Shown here one piece after another: positions 12,501 to 25,800 of a stretch of DNA of 64,000 nucleotides. The notes beneath the pieces are model-generated. The model did no database searches, was not told the DNA's origin, and saw only the letters and a list, made by a program, of their open reading frames with translations. The stretch covers positions 21,204,001 to 21,268,000 of the forward strand of contig OZ249444.1 of NCBI GenBank assembly GCA_965235115.1, read 5' to 3'. Source of the DNA: Laetmonice hystrix (Eukaryota). The translations under genes were made by a program, and so were the position numbers. Every line of letters starts with the position of its first letter. The first letter of the stretch is position 1.

Positions 12501-15441
12501 ACCATAGATTTCAAGACTTGATGGACGGAGTGAATGAATCCTTGTCGCGGAGAGATGTTTGGATGTCATTTTTTTAGGGTGTTGTTGAGATTTTTTTTTC
12601 TGTCCATGGATGCTTCCTGTTGCTCGTTTTTTAAATATGCTACTAGTTGTTCTTTACCTGTTATCTTCAGTTTTTTAAATTTATTTGACTTCACTGTTTT
12701 TGCAATTTTATTTAAAGGTAAAACCACCTTTTGTTACAAAAGAATGTAAAGTGACTCTTAAGGGTTAAACCAGAATCTTTAATATGTAGGTCAGACATAT
12801 TAAGTAGTACCTACAACATAAGATTCAACTTTAGATTCTTTTGTGGCAGAGGACCTAAACAGTGACAGAACATATCCGCTTCGCATGGTGTAAACTGCTT
12901 AAGCGTTCAAAGACTGACTTTATCGAGTAACACCTGGTCGTTATCATGGTAATTACACAGATCTCTTTATTTCAGTAATACTTCACTCTATTCACCAAAA
13001 TATCCGGTTTCATACAAAACTAAACCCCTGGTAGTGTAGATAACTCAGTCAATCGTGTTAGGAGAAATACAAACTGTTAATGACAGTTTGGTGAATCGTG
13101 AAATAATCGTGAAAAACTTGGAGATTGTTTGAACTTGAAAAGTCATGAAAGCTCGCCTTCAAATGTAAAACTTTCTCATGAGGCTTATGTAATAAAAACA
13201 TGACATTCGTTCAAATGATAGCTACTCTAAATTTGCTGTGGCTTTATGCCATACTAGTACAAAGGTGAGCCATTCGTAGTAAAGAAAATTCGTAGTAAGT
13301 CAGGAAAGTATTTGAGTTGAACCAAGGTTTTGATTACCTCAAGTTCAAGGCTAGATTTAGTCCTTCCTTAATCTTTGGCATGGGGACAGCACATTTGGAG
13401 GCATTGTCATATCACTGGTATATTTCTGTTTCTTATCCCTTAAGCAGGTAGCCTTCATTATTCAGAATATATTTGAGAAAAACAAAATCTTGGATTAATA
13501 CCAGTGGGTTTGTATAAATTCTTAGTGTTCTATATCACCTCCCTTTTAACTTCTTTCACTAGGAAGTGGCAAGAAGTACACACGTATTTGGATTGGTTTA
13601 TTTTGTTTATATATGAAAATGGAGAGTTTGTTAAATCACTCAATATTCAGAGGTGAAAGTTACCATTATTGAGTGCGTAGCAATGAGGGCTAGTGTTGAA
13701 CACTCAAAGGTGGATGTTTGTAAGAGGCTCAGAATTCAACAGTAATATAAGCAGGTGACAATAAATGTATACAAGACATTAGTGTCCGACGATTGTAAGG
13801 CTTGGCAACTACAGGTTTGCAACCTTTTGGCACAGCTCAGATTGTCCGGTGTTTATATATGTTTCTTTCCCTTTACATACCAGCCTCCATGTTGGGCCTG
13901 CAGAGTAAGACGTGTTAGAATTTTTTTACTTTACCCGTTATTGAAATGAATATATGCATTTTATCCAGATGCATCCTATTTTCAGTTTATGTTGAACCTT
14001 ATGTTACTATCATGCATTATTGCATCTCTAGAATAGCACCATGTTATTTTCATTCATGATTATTGTGGCTATGTCGTTTCTCAACCAGCACTTTCCCATC
14101 TGTTGTTATAGTTAAACAGATCTTTTTTCCATTCTGTGTTATGTTTATCATTGATATGACATAGCGATGTTTTCTGGTGCTAAATCAGACCCGGATTTGA
14201 TCCTCACATTAAGGTAAAGTACATCCTGCTCAGGTGCTTGTACCAGACATGTAGCTCTCCTTGCTCGTCCCATGGTTGGAATTTCTGTTCTGATCCTGTA
14301 TAAAGCATGTTCCGAGTGTCAGCACAATGCTAGGCTTACAACAGGATCGAAATGCATGGATTGTAAATAGTAGACACTTGTAGCTGTAGATTCATATATG
14401 TGCTATCGGAATTGCGCGTCATACATGATGCTTTCTCATTATAAGTGTCAGTAATGATGTTCTAACTCCCTTCTACTGTGCTTTGTGTCCACAGCTTGGA
14501 CTTGTCGGAAGTATGGCTAGCCTTGAACTTGTTAAAGGCACCGACCATACACAGGTAGGACATGTTGACATTGAAGGAATAATTTTTACAATCAGATTAA
14601 ATGAAGTTAACTGTACTGATGTCTTTGTCGGGAATGGACAGTGCCCATGATATTCTCAACCCATTGCAGCTTACTATTTGCACACATAATGTACCATTAT
14701 TCAGCAGTCTATACATCTTTATTAATTTTTAAAATCTATTAGTGGTAACTTTACATGATTTGGTACCAGTATATGTTTCTTTATAATGTAAGACTACTGT
14801 ATATGAATAAAACTACTTGGATTGAGTGCTGGCAACATGTAGATCAGTTTCCAGTTCTGTTTCATACAGAATTAAGTAGCAATGAAATTTTCAAAATTGT
14901 GTTGCCTGCATGAAGGAAACACAATGTCGTAACTGGGTAAGACGACATCAGACTTTTACATATTGGTAGTAGATGTCTTAGATTTGCCTATTATTTGATT
15001 CCTGTGAATGATTATAAGTAAGTCATAAGATATCTGAAAACGGGAGTAAATTTTTAAAGAGCTGACTAAAGATTCTGTAGGTGGAAAGGTGTTGTAAGTG
15101 GCACAGTCGATATTTCACTCAGAAAATTGCTTTATAGTGTCATAGGTTTCCTCACCTCTTTCTCATCATTCCACTTGATATTTTTCTTTTCTGATGAGAA
15201 AGTAATAAAGGTAAAATAACTCTGCCTGGACAGAGTATTGTTGACGTTGAGAGTGTTGACTTATCCCAGCTGATGGCCCTTGATGTCGAGTACAAATTGA
15301 TCATGTCCACAGGCCGAGTTGGACGATCGCCAGCGGCAGTTCGCGTGGGAGCGAGGCCAGATTGACTACCTTGGAGTTGATGCCTTCTCCAATATCCAAG
15401 CGAGGTTGGACGCTGTCATGAAGTCCCCTGACAAGTCTTAA
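3550..15441 (+). CDS. GYG1: Glycogenin (GT8 self-glucosylating glycogen primer), 5'-partial, multi-exon
   Basis: Core exons: 3550-3724 (HQLTQVFD...[30 protein letters not shown]), 4067-4229 ([33 protein letters not shown]...QGSFD), 5275-5401 ([22 protein letters not shown]...YSYLPAF), 5654-5825 ([12 protein letters not shown]...AWWKIF), 14495-14554 ([12 protein letters not shown]), 15313-15441 ([26 protein letters not shown]...stop). All junctions are GT-AG and in phase. DxD motif and C-terminal glycogen-synthase-binding motif present. N-terminal exons not found in the window. Confidence 0.95.
4495..4609. repeat. Foldback (long inverted repeat) element in glycogenin intron
   Basis: Arms 4495-4545 and 4559-4609 match at 46/51 positions around a 13-nt spacer GAGCCGAAGGCGA. 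Confidence 0.85.
6813..6830 (+). CDS. Candidate 18-nt glycogenin microexon (SHSEPQ), phase 0/0
   Basis: Long pyrimidine tract ctcttctttttcccctgcctctgcatgtgcag, then TCCCACAGCGAACCACAG, then donor gtatga; frame-preserving between phase-0 neighbours. Confidence 0.55.
7348..7392 (+). CDS. Candidate 45-nt glycogenin cassette exon ([15 protein letters not shown]), phase 0/0
   Basis: Acceptor ttgtgtttgatttctag, donor gtaagc, no stop, length divisible by 3. If the donor is skipped the frame stays open to a stop at 7584. Confidence 0.5.
10522..11145 (+). CDS. Large 624-nt glycogenin cassette exon encoding a 208-aa acidic/Pro-rich low-complexity insert
   Basis: ORF 10522-11160 is bounded by acceptor tcttctcttcctgtag and donor GAG|gtgagt at 11146; phase 0/0; lies between the catalytic-domain exons and the C-terminal exons. 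Confidence 0.7.
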
Positions 15442-18263
15442 GTTCTACCACCTGGCATGGTAACGGGCACGGGCAGGCAGGGTAAATCAAGGCACCGGAA
15501 ACGGTGGAGAAAAACCACACTGCAGATCGATCCAATGCCAAATCGGAAATCCAGGATTCAACGTTTTCTAAACTCTGGGACATGGAAAGGCGATAACGTG
15601 GCCATCTCATCGACAAAGTTCACTTCATTAAAAGGAAGCAAGCAGGACCCTGACAATATTAGCTGCCCGTGACTAACCTATACCGTGCTCATCTAGGGTG
15701 TTTTTGGAATTGCTGACCCTACGGCTCGTTTCTGACCCGGCCCGGGTTCTTTGATCTAAACGTGGCCGTCCCTGGTGGGTGTTCTGCAATGTCATCATCT
15801 GGATCAACGAATGCCTGCCAGGTCGAAACTCTGCTCAGGATATGGCAGGATGTCAGAAAAAATCCTTGAAAATGGTCCGTAGAGTTTACTTTGACCTATT
15901 GGTTTGGCTATAGCTGCCGAGGCCCACTTAGCTCGGTCCTCTCAGTGTACGTATGTACCTTTCATTTTTGTTTGTAGAATTTGGAGTGCAGTCTGCATTT
16001 TCTTAGGCCAATCAGAGATTACGTCACATAAAGAGGCAATCTACATTGCTGTGATTGCATAATCATGAGCCTGCGTGTGTCCTGCAGTGTGTGAATTTTA
16101 TTTTTCAGTGATGCCAGGTTAAATGCAGAAATAACAAACAAATGAGGTCATTGCAAAAGTATTGTTACTTATATTAGCTGGTTTCTAGACATGTTTTGAG
16201 AGCTGACAGGGAAAGTCACATGCACTTGAGTGTTCTGCTACCACATCGTCCCGAGTTAGAGATGAGGACAGATGGGAAGGATGAGAGAACCGTTGTTGTT
16301 ATAAGTGTAGGTTGGATGCTGTTGGTCTGAGTTAGTGACAGGGTATGTTCTGTTGGTCTTCCATGTGTTAGACGTCAGGTAGAGAAATGGTCAGCCTCAG
16401 CATTGCCGTTCTAAATCTGTGATGTACATGGCTTGGTGACCAGTCGGAGAGACGCTATGAACACGGTCAGTGCTCTAGACTCCACGCGCCATTGGGATTG
16501 CTCACAGGACTGCTCTGAACTCATCCGAGCACCATGTGACTTAGAGATTCGTAATACTGTATACGTACTAATTGATGATAGAATAGTGGTGGTGAATGTT
16601 GTTATATGCCTAGTCATAGCATTTTGCGGTTAGAAAAAGATGTGGTTAAAGTTAGTGTTAATATCGGCGAGTTCTTGCATGGAGAACTGCCACTGATCAG
16701 GAAAATGCCTGTGCCAAAATGGCGGCAAATACATTTCTAGGATTTTAAAAGCAATCGGTAAACAAAATACCTTTATTTAAACTAAAAGGAATAATAAACC
16801 TGTTACATGTATTAAGTTAACAACTATGACTTCATTTGTTAAATCTGTATAGAATCACAGGTAGCTAATTATGTGCATTACATAAGGTAAAGATTCTTAC
16901 GTTATACTTGTTGACTGTTAGTACAAGGTTCTATTCTACAGTATACATACAAGTAATTGTAAAGTTGTTGGTCTGTTACATGCCATACTGATAATGGTGC
17001 AGTCAGTATGTATTTTCTATACTTACCAAGGTTGAAATGAAAACCTTAGATATGGGGGATATAACGTGACTAAAATAACAAGAAATATGAAAATGGCATA
17101 ATAAAATTGTGAAAATATGGCAGTCTAGTATGAACCAGTACACCTAACTGCAACCACTATGGCAGTCTAGTATAATGCACTAAGCTGCAACCAGTTTAAT
17201 GTAATATATTTTCGTATTGAGGAAATTGGAATGTACTGGCATACGAAAAAGAGGCAGTGACGCATTTTCAAACTTGGAGGAATAGGTATACATTTGTAAA
17301 AGTTATTAATTTGGGGTAGAAGAAAATCCAGAAAGTAAGCAAAAGATGTGCAGCCCTGCCCATTGTTAGTGCTATATGTATTGCCCGCGTCTGGCCAAGG
17401 TTGGACTACCGATTATATAGTAGTCAGTAATGGCGACTTGGTTGATGGAGTTTGTAGTGTCACTGAAGTGTGAATACTTCAGAGTTTTATGTTCTCGTCA
17501 GCTAGTGATTCGTATTGTACTGTCTGAGTTATTTTGTTATCATGGGCCATGAAATATTAAGAAACTTACTGTAGGTATTTTTAAGCAGAATATTGTAGGG
17601 CGCCAGTTAGACAGATGACCTCTTGGCTTGCTCGGTTTACTGACAATCTTTTTCAATGTTATATTTTAAATGGTGCTACTTCCTTCAATAAATGAGGGTG
17701 TTCTGCTTTGTTACACTAAGTAAATGTTCATGTCAAGTAAAGGAACTTATTAAAATGGTTTGTGTGCAATGCATGTGACATGTTAACAGTCTCTTGAGTA
17801 GCAAGGATTGTTAATTACACTGTCAAAGGGAAACAGATTAACAAAATGCTCTCTAGATGTCAATATAGGCCCGGTTGCAATGTTACGATTGTGTCTAAGA
17901 AGTATCAGATTGTCAATCTTGTTAATAATATCAGCCAGACCTGTCGTGTGACAATCTCTCCTTGGTCCTTCAAGGCCTGATGTGTATCAGAACACAAATG
18001 CTTTTCACCTAAATACCCTGTTCACATGATGGACAAAGATGGTTGACACGGCTTAAAACAATGCGATGAGCACACACTGCCTATGGATACTGAGGCAGGA
18101 CGCAGCAGTGACGGGCAAAATGCAGCCGGATTGTTAGCGTAAATAAAACAAAAATACAATCTATGTCTCCTGTTTTCACAATATCACTCGCGATTTGGTA
18201 CACGGATTGCATTGAGAGGGAGCAGAACTCGGTGTAGTTTGCGATGGTTTTATTTTCCAGCTA

Positions 18264-19204
18264 CAGTGGAGTCCGGTTATAACGAAGTACTCGGGACCGC
18301 GGGAAAAATTCGCTATATGCGGAATTTCGTTATAAGCGGGAAACGCCTTAATGTGTCAGTTGGCCACCAGGGGGCTCTTCCTACTAGATTTAGTCATGAT
18401 GTCCGTAACTGCCGCTAGAGTGCTCTCTAGGTAGGCCTAAATATAGGCCTAATCACCAATCAATTTTTTGTTTAGGACCTATGTGTTATAGACACCAATG
18501 CTATTATGCAGTACTTTAAATATCGTTTTGTACTATCATTATGAATTACTGTCCCAGCTTTGGAGGGGTAGTTCCAAAACAGCCTCATAGTCTAAGAGTA
18601 GACTCCGCTGATGTATGGGGAGGCACACCTGCAGAAAATAATCAAACGATGTGTGCCGGGGGGGGGGGGGCTGAACATTGAGTATATTTGGTAGGGGTCT
18701 ATAGGGGCCCAGGATACCAATGGGAGATATAGACTGAAGTGCAGCGGCTTCTCTCCCCAGATAGACAGACCGTGGCCTACAGACCATGCCCCCTCAGGTG
18801 GAAAAAGTCTGCATTTATTTTTGACCAAGGCGGTGACAAGTCGCTCTTTTCTTTACAAGTCGCCGCCAGTAGGCAAGCCAAACATGAGCCTGTGGGCAAG
18901 GCCTTCAGTAACACCCCACCCCTCCCATTACGTAATGACATGTATGTGTTCATTCCCTCCCGCCCGGCGGTCACACCTGCCGACTTGGGTCAGTGGCCAC
19001 TTGACCTACTTCGCTATAGCCGGGAAGTTGTCACGTTGGGACTGGAAAGGCCTTCGTTATAAGCGAAAATTCGTTATAGGCAAACTTCGTTATATCCGGA
19101 CTAAATTATATTAAACATAACAGAGACTGATTCCGTTCCTGAGATTGACTTCGCTATAAGCGGAAATTCGTTATAAGCGTGTTCGTTATAACCGGACTCC
19201 ACTG
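18264..19204. mobile_element. Non-autonomous Tc1/mariner (pogo/Tigger-like) element, 941 bp
   Basis: Perfect 23-bp TIR CAGTGGAGTCCGGTTATAACGAA, TA duplicated on both sides (18262-18263, 19205-19206), subterminal TTCGTTATA repeats, no transposase ORF. Confidence 0.9.
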
Positions 19205-19857
19205 TATGTATAAATGCACAAAAGACTGCCATGAAAATGTAGCCCCATATTGAAAGACTTTCCACACAGATATCTTACCGATACAAAAGTTGTAGACTCA
19301 ATTCAGCAGCAGATATTTAATTGTTCCATTTTTCTGTTTTAAAAAGCCCTCTCAGTCTTGGCATACACCCAACGGTTGCGATGCTGGGCAATTTGTCGAG
19401 AATATAGGTCTGGCATAATTGGCATATTTGGAATAAATAGGCATTGCTACGTTTACGCAAATATAATAATGGTAAGCCGATTGATTGAGTTGGGGGGTCC
19501 AAGGCCTGCATGATATGTGACCAGTGACAACATAACACAATCGTGTTCTATATACAAATTTTATACTTAAGCAGAGACTGCAGATATAGCAGATACAGAA
19601 CTCATTCAGTACATTTCACTAAAGTCCACAATTTGAGGAAATCAAAATGTCACCTTTCAGGAAATATTCCTTAGTAATATGCTTCAATATTCAACTCGCG
19701 ACAGAATACATAACATTTTTCTGGATGCATAGACACTGAGAAAGGTTCGTCATGTGTACCAAAATACTTGGTTAAAGGAACAATAAGATAGTTTACTTCA
19801 GGCAGGACGTGGCATAATGCATTCTTATTCACTCCAGGTGAAAATCTAGCGTCATCT

Positions 19858-22800
19858 TCAGTCTGAGTCGGGGCCAGCATCAACAAAACTTGACAGCATC
19901 CTCTCGGCATCATCCAGCTGACAGTAAAAAAAAACAAGATTAGGGCATAAGAACATGTTACAATGTTCTGACATACAAATTTATTAACATGCATCATTAC
20001 AAATTTATTAACATGCAACATTTCAAAGGACATGTTTCAGTGATCCTTATAGATACCATTTCATCAAATGACCAGCACAATTTTTTACCTTGTTCTTGAA
20101 AAGATTCCTTATTGCAACTAAAAAAAAAGTCTTTCTAACCTCTGGTTTCTTTGCTGAAGGTGACTCAGTGCTGTCCTTGCTGTCTGAGGTATGTTTCCGT
20201 TTACGACCACTGCTAACCTCTGGTGACCCCTCCGCACAATCTGATTTTGATGCTGACGTTGAAGGAGTGACAACGTCCTCACTTGGGTTCACAGTTTCTT
20301 GCGACCCCTTGTCCACATCAGTTGGTAGAGCATCGGTTCCTTTAAGTCCCTTCTCAGTATCGGCACTGACCCCCTTTATGTCATCTACTGTTGGAGAAAC
20401 ATCGTCATCATCTTCTATAGATATTACATCTTGTTCCTTCTCACTATCCTCAGCGTTGTGCTCCTGCTGCTTCTTATTTCCTCCTCTACTCTCCTTAACC
20501 TCAACAAGTTCTTTGTGCTGGTCGTCCTCATTATCTGAGGAGTCGAGAGATACTACCTCTATATCCCGAGCTCTGCTGTCCTCGGAAGTTTCCAGCGGGA
20601 CCTCGTGATGGTCCTCTCTCTCTGCACCAGAGGCTACCAGTACCACACCAGGCGGCGCCACCTGCTTGGTCTGACTGTGACTGAACACAAACCTGTTTGC
20701 AAAGCTGGTACCGGCCTCTGTCGCCCCTCCCGCAGCGCGGGCCAGACTGCTGCTACTGCCACCGTAAAACCCAAGACCAAAGACATTGGCGTTTTGTGAT
20801 TGGTTGCTCACAGTTTCCATGGGAACCCCAAGTGCTGGAGGCCCCAGGACTGGAGCACGTGGGTGGATCAACACCTCAGTAGTGGTCAGGCATTCAGTGC
20901 ATGTGTTGGAAACCTGGAAGGGATAACAGTCTCACAATTATTTCATACAACTTACAATCTAGTCGTTTACAACTGTCACTAAAATGCATCATTTCTTTTC
21001 ATTAGAAAAAAACTCTACTACTAAAGTACTGGTATTGTTTTGTGTTGTAAATCTGATACCCTTAAGAGTGTGGTCTAATGTAAGGCTAAAACTTTCCAGC
21101 TATCCAATCTGAGGCAATATTCGAACAGTATAAGATAACAGACGCAGTATGCATAGGAAAGCTGGTTCACCTGGAGATCCGGGTCTCGTGTTCCCATGGA
21201 GAATAGCTTGACCGCGTTCTGTACAGGTGGCGCCACATTCGGGTGGGGACAGAGAACGACAGCCAACAATAGTTGGTACAAGGCCTGCCGGCAGGTGGCG
21301 TCAATGTAGGGCAGGGGGTGGTTTGGTGCAGATTGGTGGATCTCCATTAGAAGAGGGACGATGTACGAATGCAGGGTCTGGAGGAATTTTAAATATGTTG
21401 ACAAACAGATGCTATGTCTGTATTTCATCACTGACCTTGTTTAACAATTTAGAAAATTATATAATCATTCTTACATTACTAAATGGGAAATAAAGTGATG
21501 CATTAGTGAGCAGCCCTTCAATACAGCAGACACAGGAGACAGGCAGGTTTACAACCTACCATAGCTGTGGTTACTCACTCTGTGTTGTTTGACCCTGAGG
21601 AAAGATCCCACTCTCAGCACCACTTGTCTCATGGCTGTCGGATCAAAAATACAACGTTAACACTAGTTCGCTTTGACAGAAAAAATCTTTTGACTTCAAT
21701 ATAATACTAATCTTTCTTAGTATTATATTGAAGTTAATAAATAGTATTATAGATTGTTTTTCATTGTTTTGTAGTTTTATTTTTTCTATGTATTATTAAC
21801 CAAATTTGCAGAATACTATTACTATTATCAAGAAAAGTAACTTTTACCTTGCAATGCTGCGACACAGACCGGAACATTGGCATTTGTTATGACCTTGCGT
21901 TGACCTTTGAGCTGGCCCACCTCCCCTCCACCATGTTTCTTTCTCTTTTTCTTGCTTCCTGATTCCATGATGTCCATCTTCTGGCCTCCACCTTCCAACT
22001 TTACAATAAAACAGAAAAAACTTAATGACAGCAGGACAATCCAAGTTTAACGTTTTGCTTAACATTATCTGAGCTAGAGTATCAAATTCATTCATTCATT
22101 GAGCAATGATTCATTGAAATGAAGCACAGCATATTCAAAAATTTCTGATGTGGAAAAGTTCAGAAATAGTGAGAAACAGAGAGATGCCCAACTTCTCTTG
22201 AGTAGAAAATCCCACCTTGACTGTGTCCTGCTCTGCTGTGATGTCCTTGAGCCAATAAGTCATGAGATCACCCATGGCCGTCTCGATGCCTGATGATGCA
22301 CCGAGGACTTGCACCCATAATGACATGGTCTCGTACACCTCACGTCTCAATCCACTGCAACCAGGGATCACATCAATCAACAAACCTCCTTGGAGTATTT
22401 CATCAAAGGTGCTTAACTAATAATACTGGTGTATTGGGGACCCTAGGTTGTGTCAACATATTGTGAATGACAGAGCTGACTTTAATATTGGTGTATACAG
22501 ACAATAAATATAATAAAATTGAAATTAATTCCATTCTCACAGTGGGTCTTAACCTTTTCCTTCATTTGTTAACAACTATTGGATATTAATGTAGGTTGAC
22601 TGTGCACAATGCCAGCTTACCTATAGGGTCTGTGGTGTCCATATATGGTATCGGGTGCAGCAGACCATGTGAGAGTCTGTATGAAGAGTTTGTTGATGGT
22701 CCCACCATGAACCATGAGGTGAGGGCCACAGCTGTAATCACAACACCACTTACAACCACAGTTCATTTGGTTATCAACAATCAGGAGAGCTCATGTCTAA

Positions 22801-25800
22801 ACTAGTTATCACTAACACTACGCCTGGCCAGAAGGACACTGGGCCCCTGCCAATGTCCCAAGATTGGACACATCAGCAGGGACATTAGCAGTTGACATTG
22901 TTAGTGACATGGCAGGGATGACATCTTAGTTACTTACTAGTGACTCTGGGATTTGCCCACTAGCAGGAATCTGTCAGAGCAGTCTTGTCTTATTGAGTTA
23001 TAAAGAACTCCAGGAATTGCTTAGTCACCAGGTGTTCAGGTGAATTGGTTATATTCAGAGAGGTCAGGTCTTACCTAGTTATCAAGGACCTCAGAAGGCG
23101 AAAGCCATCTTGTTGAAGCAGGGGAAGGACAGCACACAGAAGCACATGTTCATGGGTGGCATGGAACAACTGCAAGGAAAACAACACAAGATGCCACAAT
23201 TTCAGAGGGTTCGTTTTTCTAGTATAGCAGCTATACAATAGAGGAGCCCTCCGTTGCATTACCTATGACTTCCCATATATACTTGGACCTCATTTATACG
23301 AACAGCTTGGTGCCCATTACAATGTGTTCAGATTGTTAAAGATACAGTTTACTGAATCATGTTTTAAAAATAGAAAATGGCAGAAGAGCTTATCAGAAAG
23401 TGTGTTCGGATTGTCAGGTATAAACGAGGTCTGACTGCATATCAACGATCTCTTGGGTACATACCACTTGTCTTGGAGTTACTGCAAGAGTTCGACAGAT
23501 AACCTTCAGGATATTGTCCAAAGGTACTTTGACAACTGTGGGAAAGTCTTCGCTGTAAACAGGGCAACATCATGGTCACAAACGTATTAACTCTAAAAAA
23601 CTTGACACTTTGAGAAAAAAATCTAATTAAAACCCATTTTGTTTGATAATGTGAGGAAAGTCCACAGTCCCACCCAGGATGTTTTTTAGTCAGTTAACCC
23701 TTCCCGCTTGCTTACCTAAGCATGGCACAGAGGGCAGTAACAAGGGATGAGAAACGAGCCTGTAGTGTACAGGTATGCTGGGGCTCGGCCTGAGGCACCC
23801 TGGGCAGGGACAGGCGCTGTGATGGCTCCGGAGTGTCTTCTATACCTTAGAATGGCAAACAAACATCATTTTTTTCTGGGAAATTTTAAAATGTCACCCT
23901 CAAATTATCTTTGCAATGACTCATACTGGCCTCCTAAGGTTATCCCTAATTTATCAATTGTCCTAATGCTGTCTCAATCACTAAGCTTCAGTCGAGAGGC
24001 TATTACATATGTCACTACAACTGATATTTCCGTACTCACCCATCTGCACCGATTGCAGCAGTGCTGTCAAGGTATCATTGAGAGAGCCCATCAAGTTGTC
24101 TACTTGTTGATTCCATGATTCTGTATGCTTAACCCCTTGGCTTCCCCCACCACCACATAGTGGCAGCAAGGCAAAACACTCGGATGCCACCTAGCAGTAT
24201 AAAGATTTCATTATTACTTGCAGAGCACAGCAGTACAGTGGCATCAAACCAGAGTTTACTCTGTATATTTTATTTTGAAATAATAACCAGGAAGTCACTT
24301 ACCGTTTCTAAGTCTGAATGAGTTCCATCTAAATATGGTAACAATGCCGCCTCAATCTTATTCTGAAACATGTATAAGATACATTTTGCTCTTATCTTTC
24401 AAAGTCATAACTTTAATAACATTTAAATAAAGTTATTGCCCATAATTATATTCACTTCCAGAAGTATTAATAACACTGGAATGTGAAATATATCATATGA
24501 ATTTTCTCAAAATATGTGCTAGCACTACTGATTGGCCGATTTGCATTCCACATAAGCTACAACACCAGAATCACCATAGTCTAAGTATTTTAGGGATACT
24601 GACCCTGAGGGGCCCACAAGGTCCATGGAAGTACTTCATACAACCCGCAAGACAGTGCAGGAAGGACTTCTCAGACTGAAATTATAAGAAAAGCTTACAA
24701 TGCACAGTGATCAAGGGCTCATTATATATCAATACTGCCATTCTTTCTGTTTCATAGGCAAGTCACTGAATGCTATATATCTAGAATACATGCAATTCTA
24801 TCATTTTTATCTAATGTGGCAGCTGTGTTAAAAACTTTGATAAAAATTGTGTACCAGTAAATCTTACTGATTTTAATCTTCAGGAACTATTCCAATGATG
24901 AATTGGTCAAAGGAAACATTCCATTGATTTTATCATGGCTTGTGCAATGATATTAAAGAGAGATACCTTTTCACGTGGACTGAGCAGTACTGGCACCAGA
25001 TTTGGAATGACACCAGTGGCTACCTCTCTACTCAGTTCTGGGAATGAGGTGCAGTGGGACAAAATGAGCACCATCATCTCACAGGTCATCTCCAAGGTGA
25101 CGGGCTGGTCATATGACTACTCGCAACAGGAAGTAATCACAATCAGTTCACAGCAAGTTTTGATAATTCTATAGCCTTTGTTTAGTGTATGTTGAGGCAT
25201 AATCTTAATCATTCTTTCACTTAAAATAAGTGAACAGATAACAGAACAACTATAAACAACATTTACAGATTTAAAATCCTCTGTAAAATCATGTAAAATA
25301 ATGACATCATACCTGAAGTGTTTTGGTGAGGAGACGCAGCCAATCGACTGCATTCTGTGTGAACATTTCTCCAGAACACTGTTCCACAATCTGCCGTAGC
25401 AAACACAGACCCTCCTTTCTGAGAATACAACACAAAAAATATCAAATGTGTTATAAGTAGGGCATTGTGCTACTGTGGACTCAGGGGTATTCTCAAATTA
25501 CATGAGAATATTTATTATAGCTCTCTCATAAAAAAATAATTGCATTACGGTTGTACAGAGAAATCTCCTACATTACACTACCTGCGTTTGCTAGAATTAA
25601 GTGCAGAGTTGATCTCGCCGCCAACATCTTGTACAGTGCTTGTTTTCTGTGAGGAAGAAGCAATGACAACTTACACAATATACTGTTAAAAAGCTTTCAC
25701 TGACACCAGTTCAAGTTAGTTTTTTTTCTAAATCAGATCCACTCGGATTCAGTCTAACACTCACTCACCCCATTGTCCTGCTCGACCACCAAAACTCCTT

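Noticed and set aside
12486-12505. GGTGTTGGAAAAA(A)CTACCAT shared with 46797-46817
   Set aside because: Only about 20 nt with an indel and no shared flanks; chance or an unresolvable repeat relic.
20090-20608. 172-aa Ser/Leu-rich + strand ORF
   Set aside because: Antisense shadow of the low-complexity acidic PELP1 exon.
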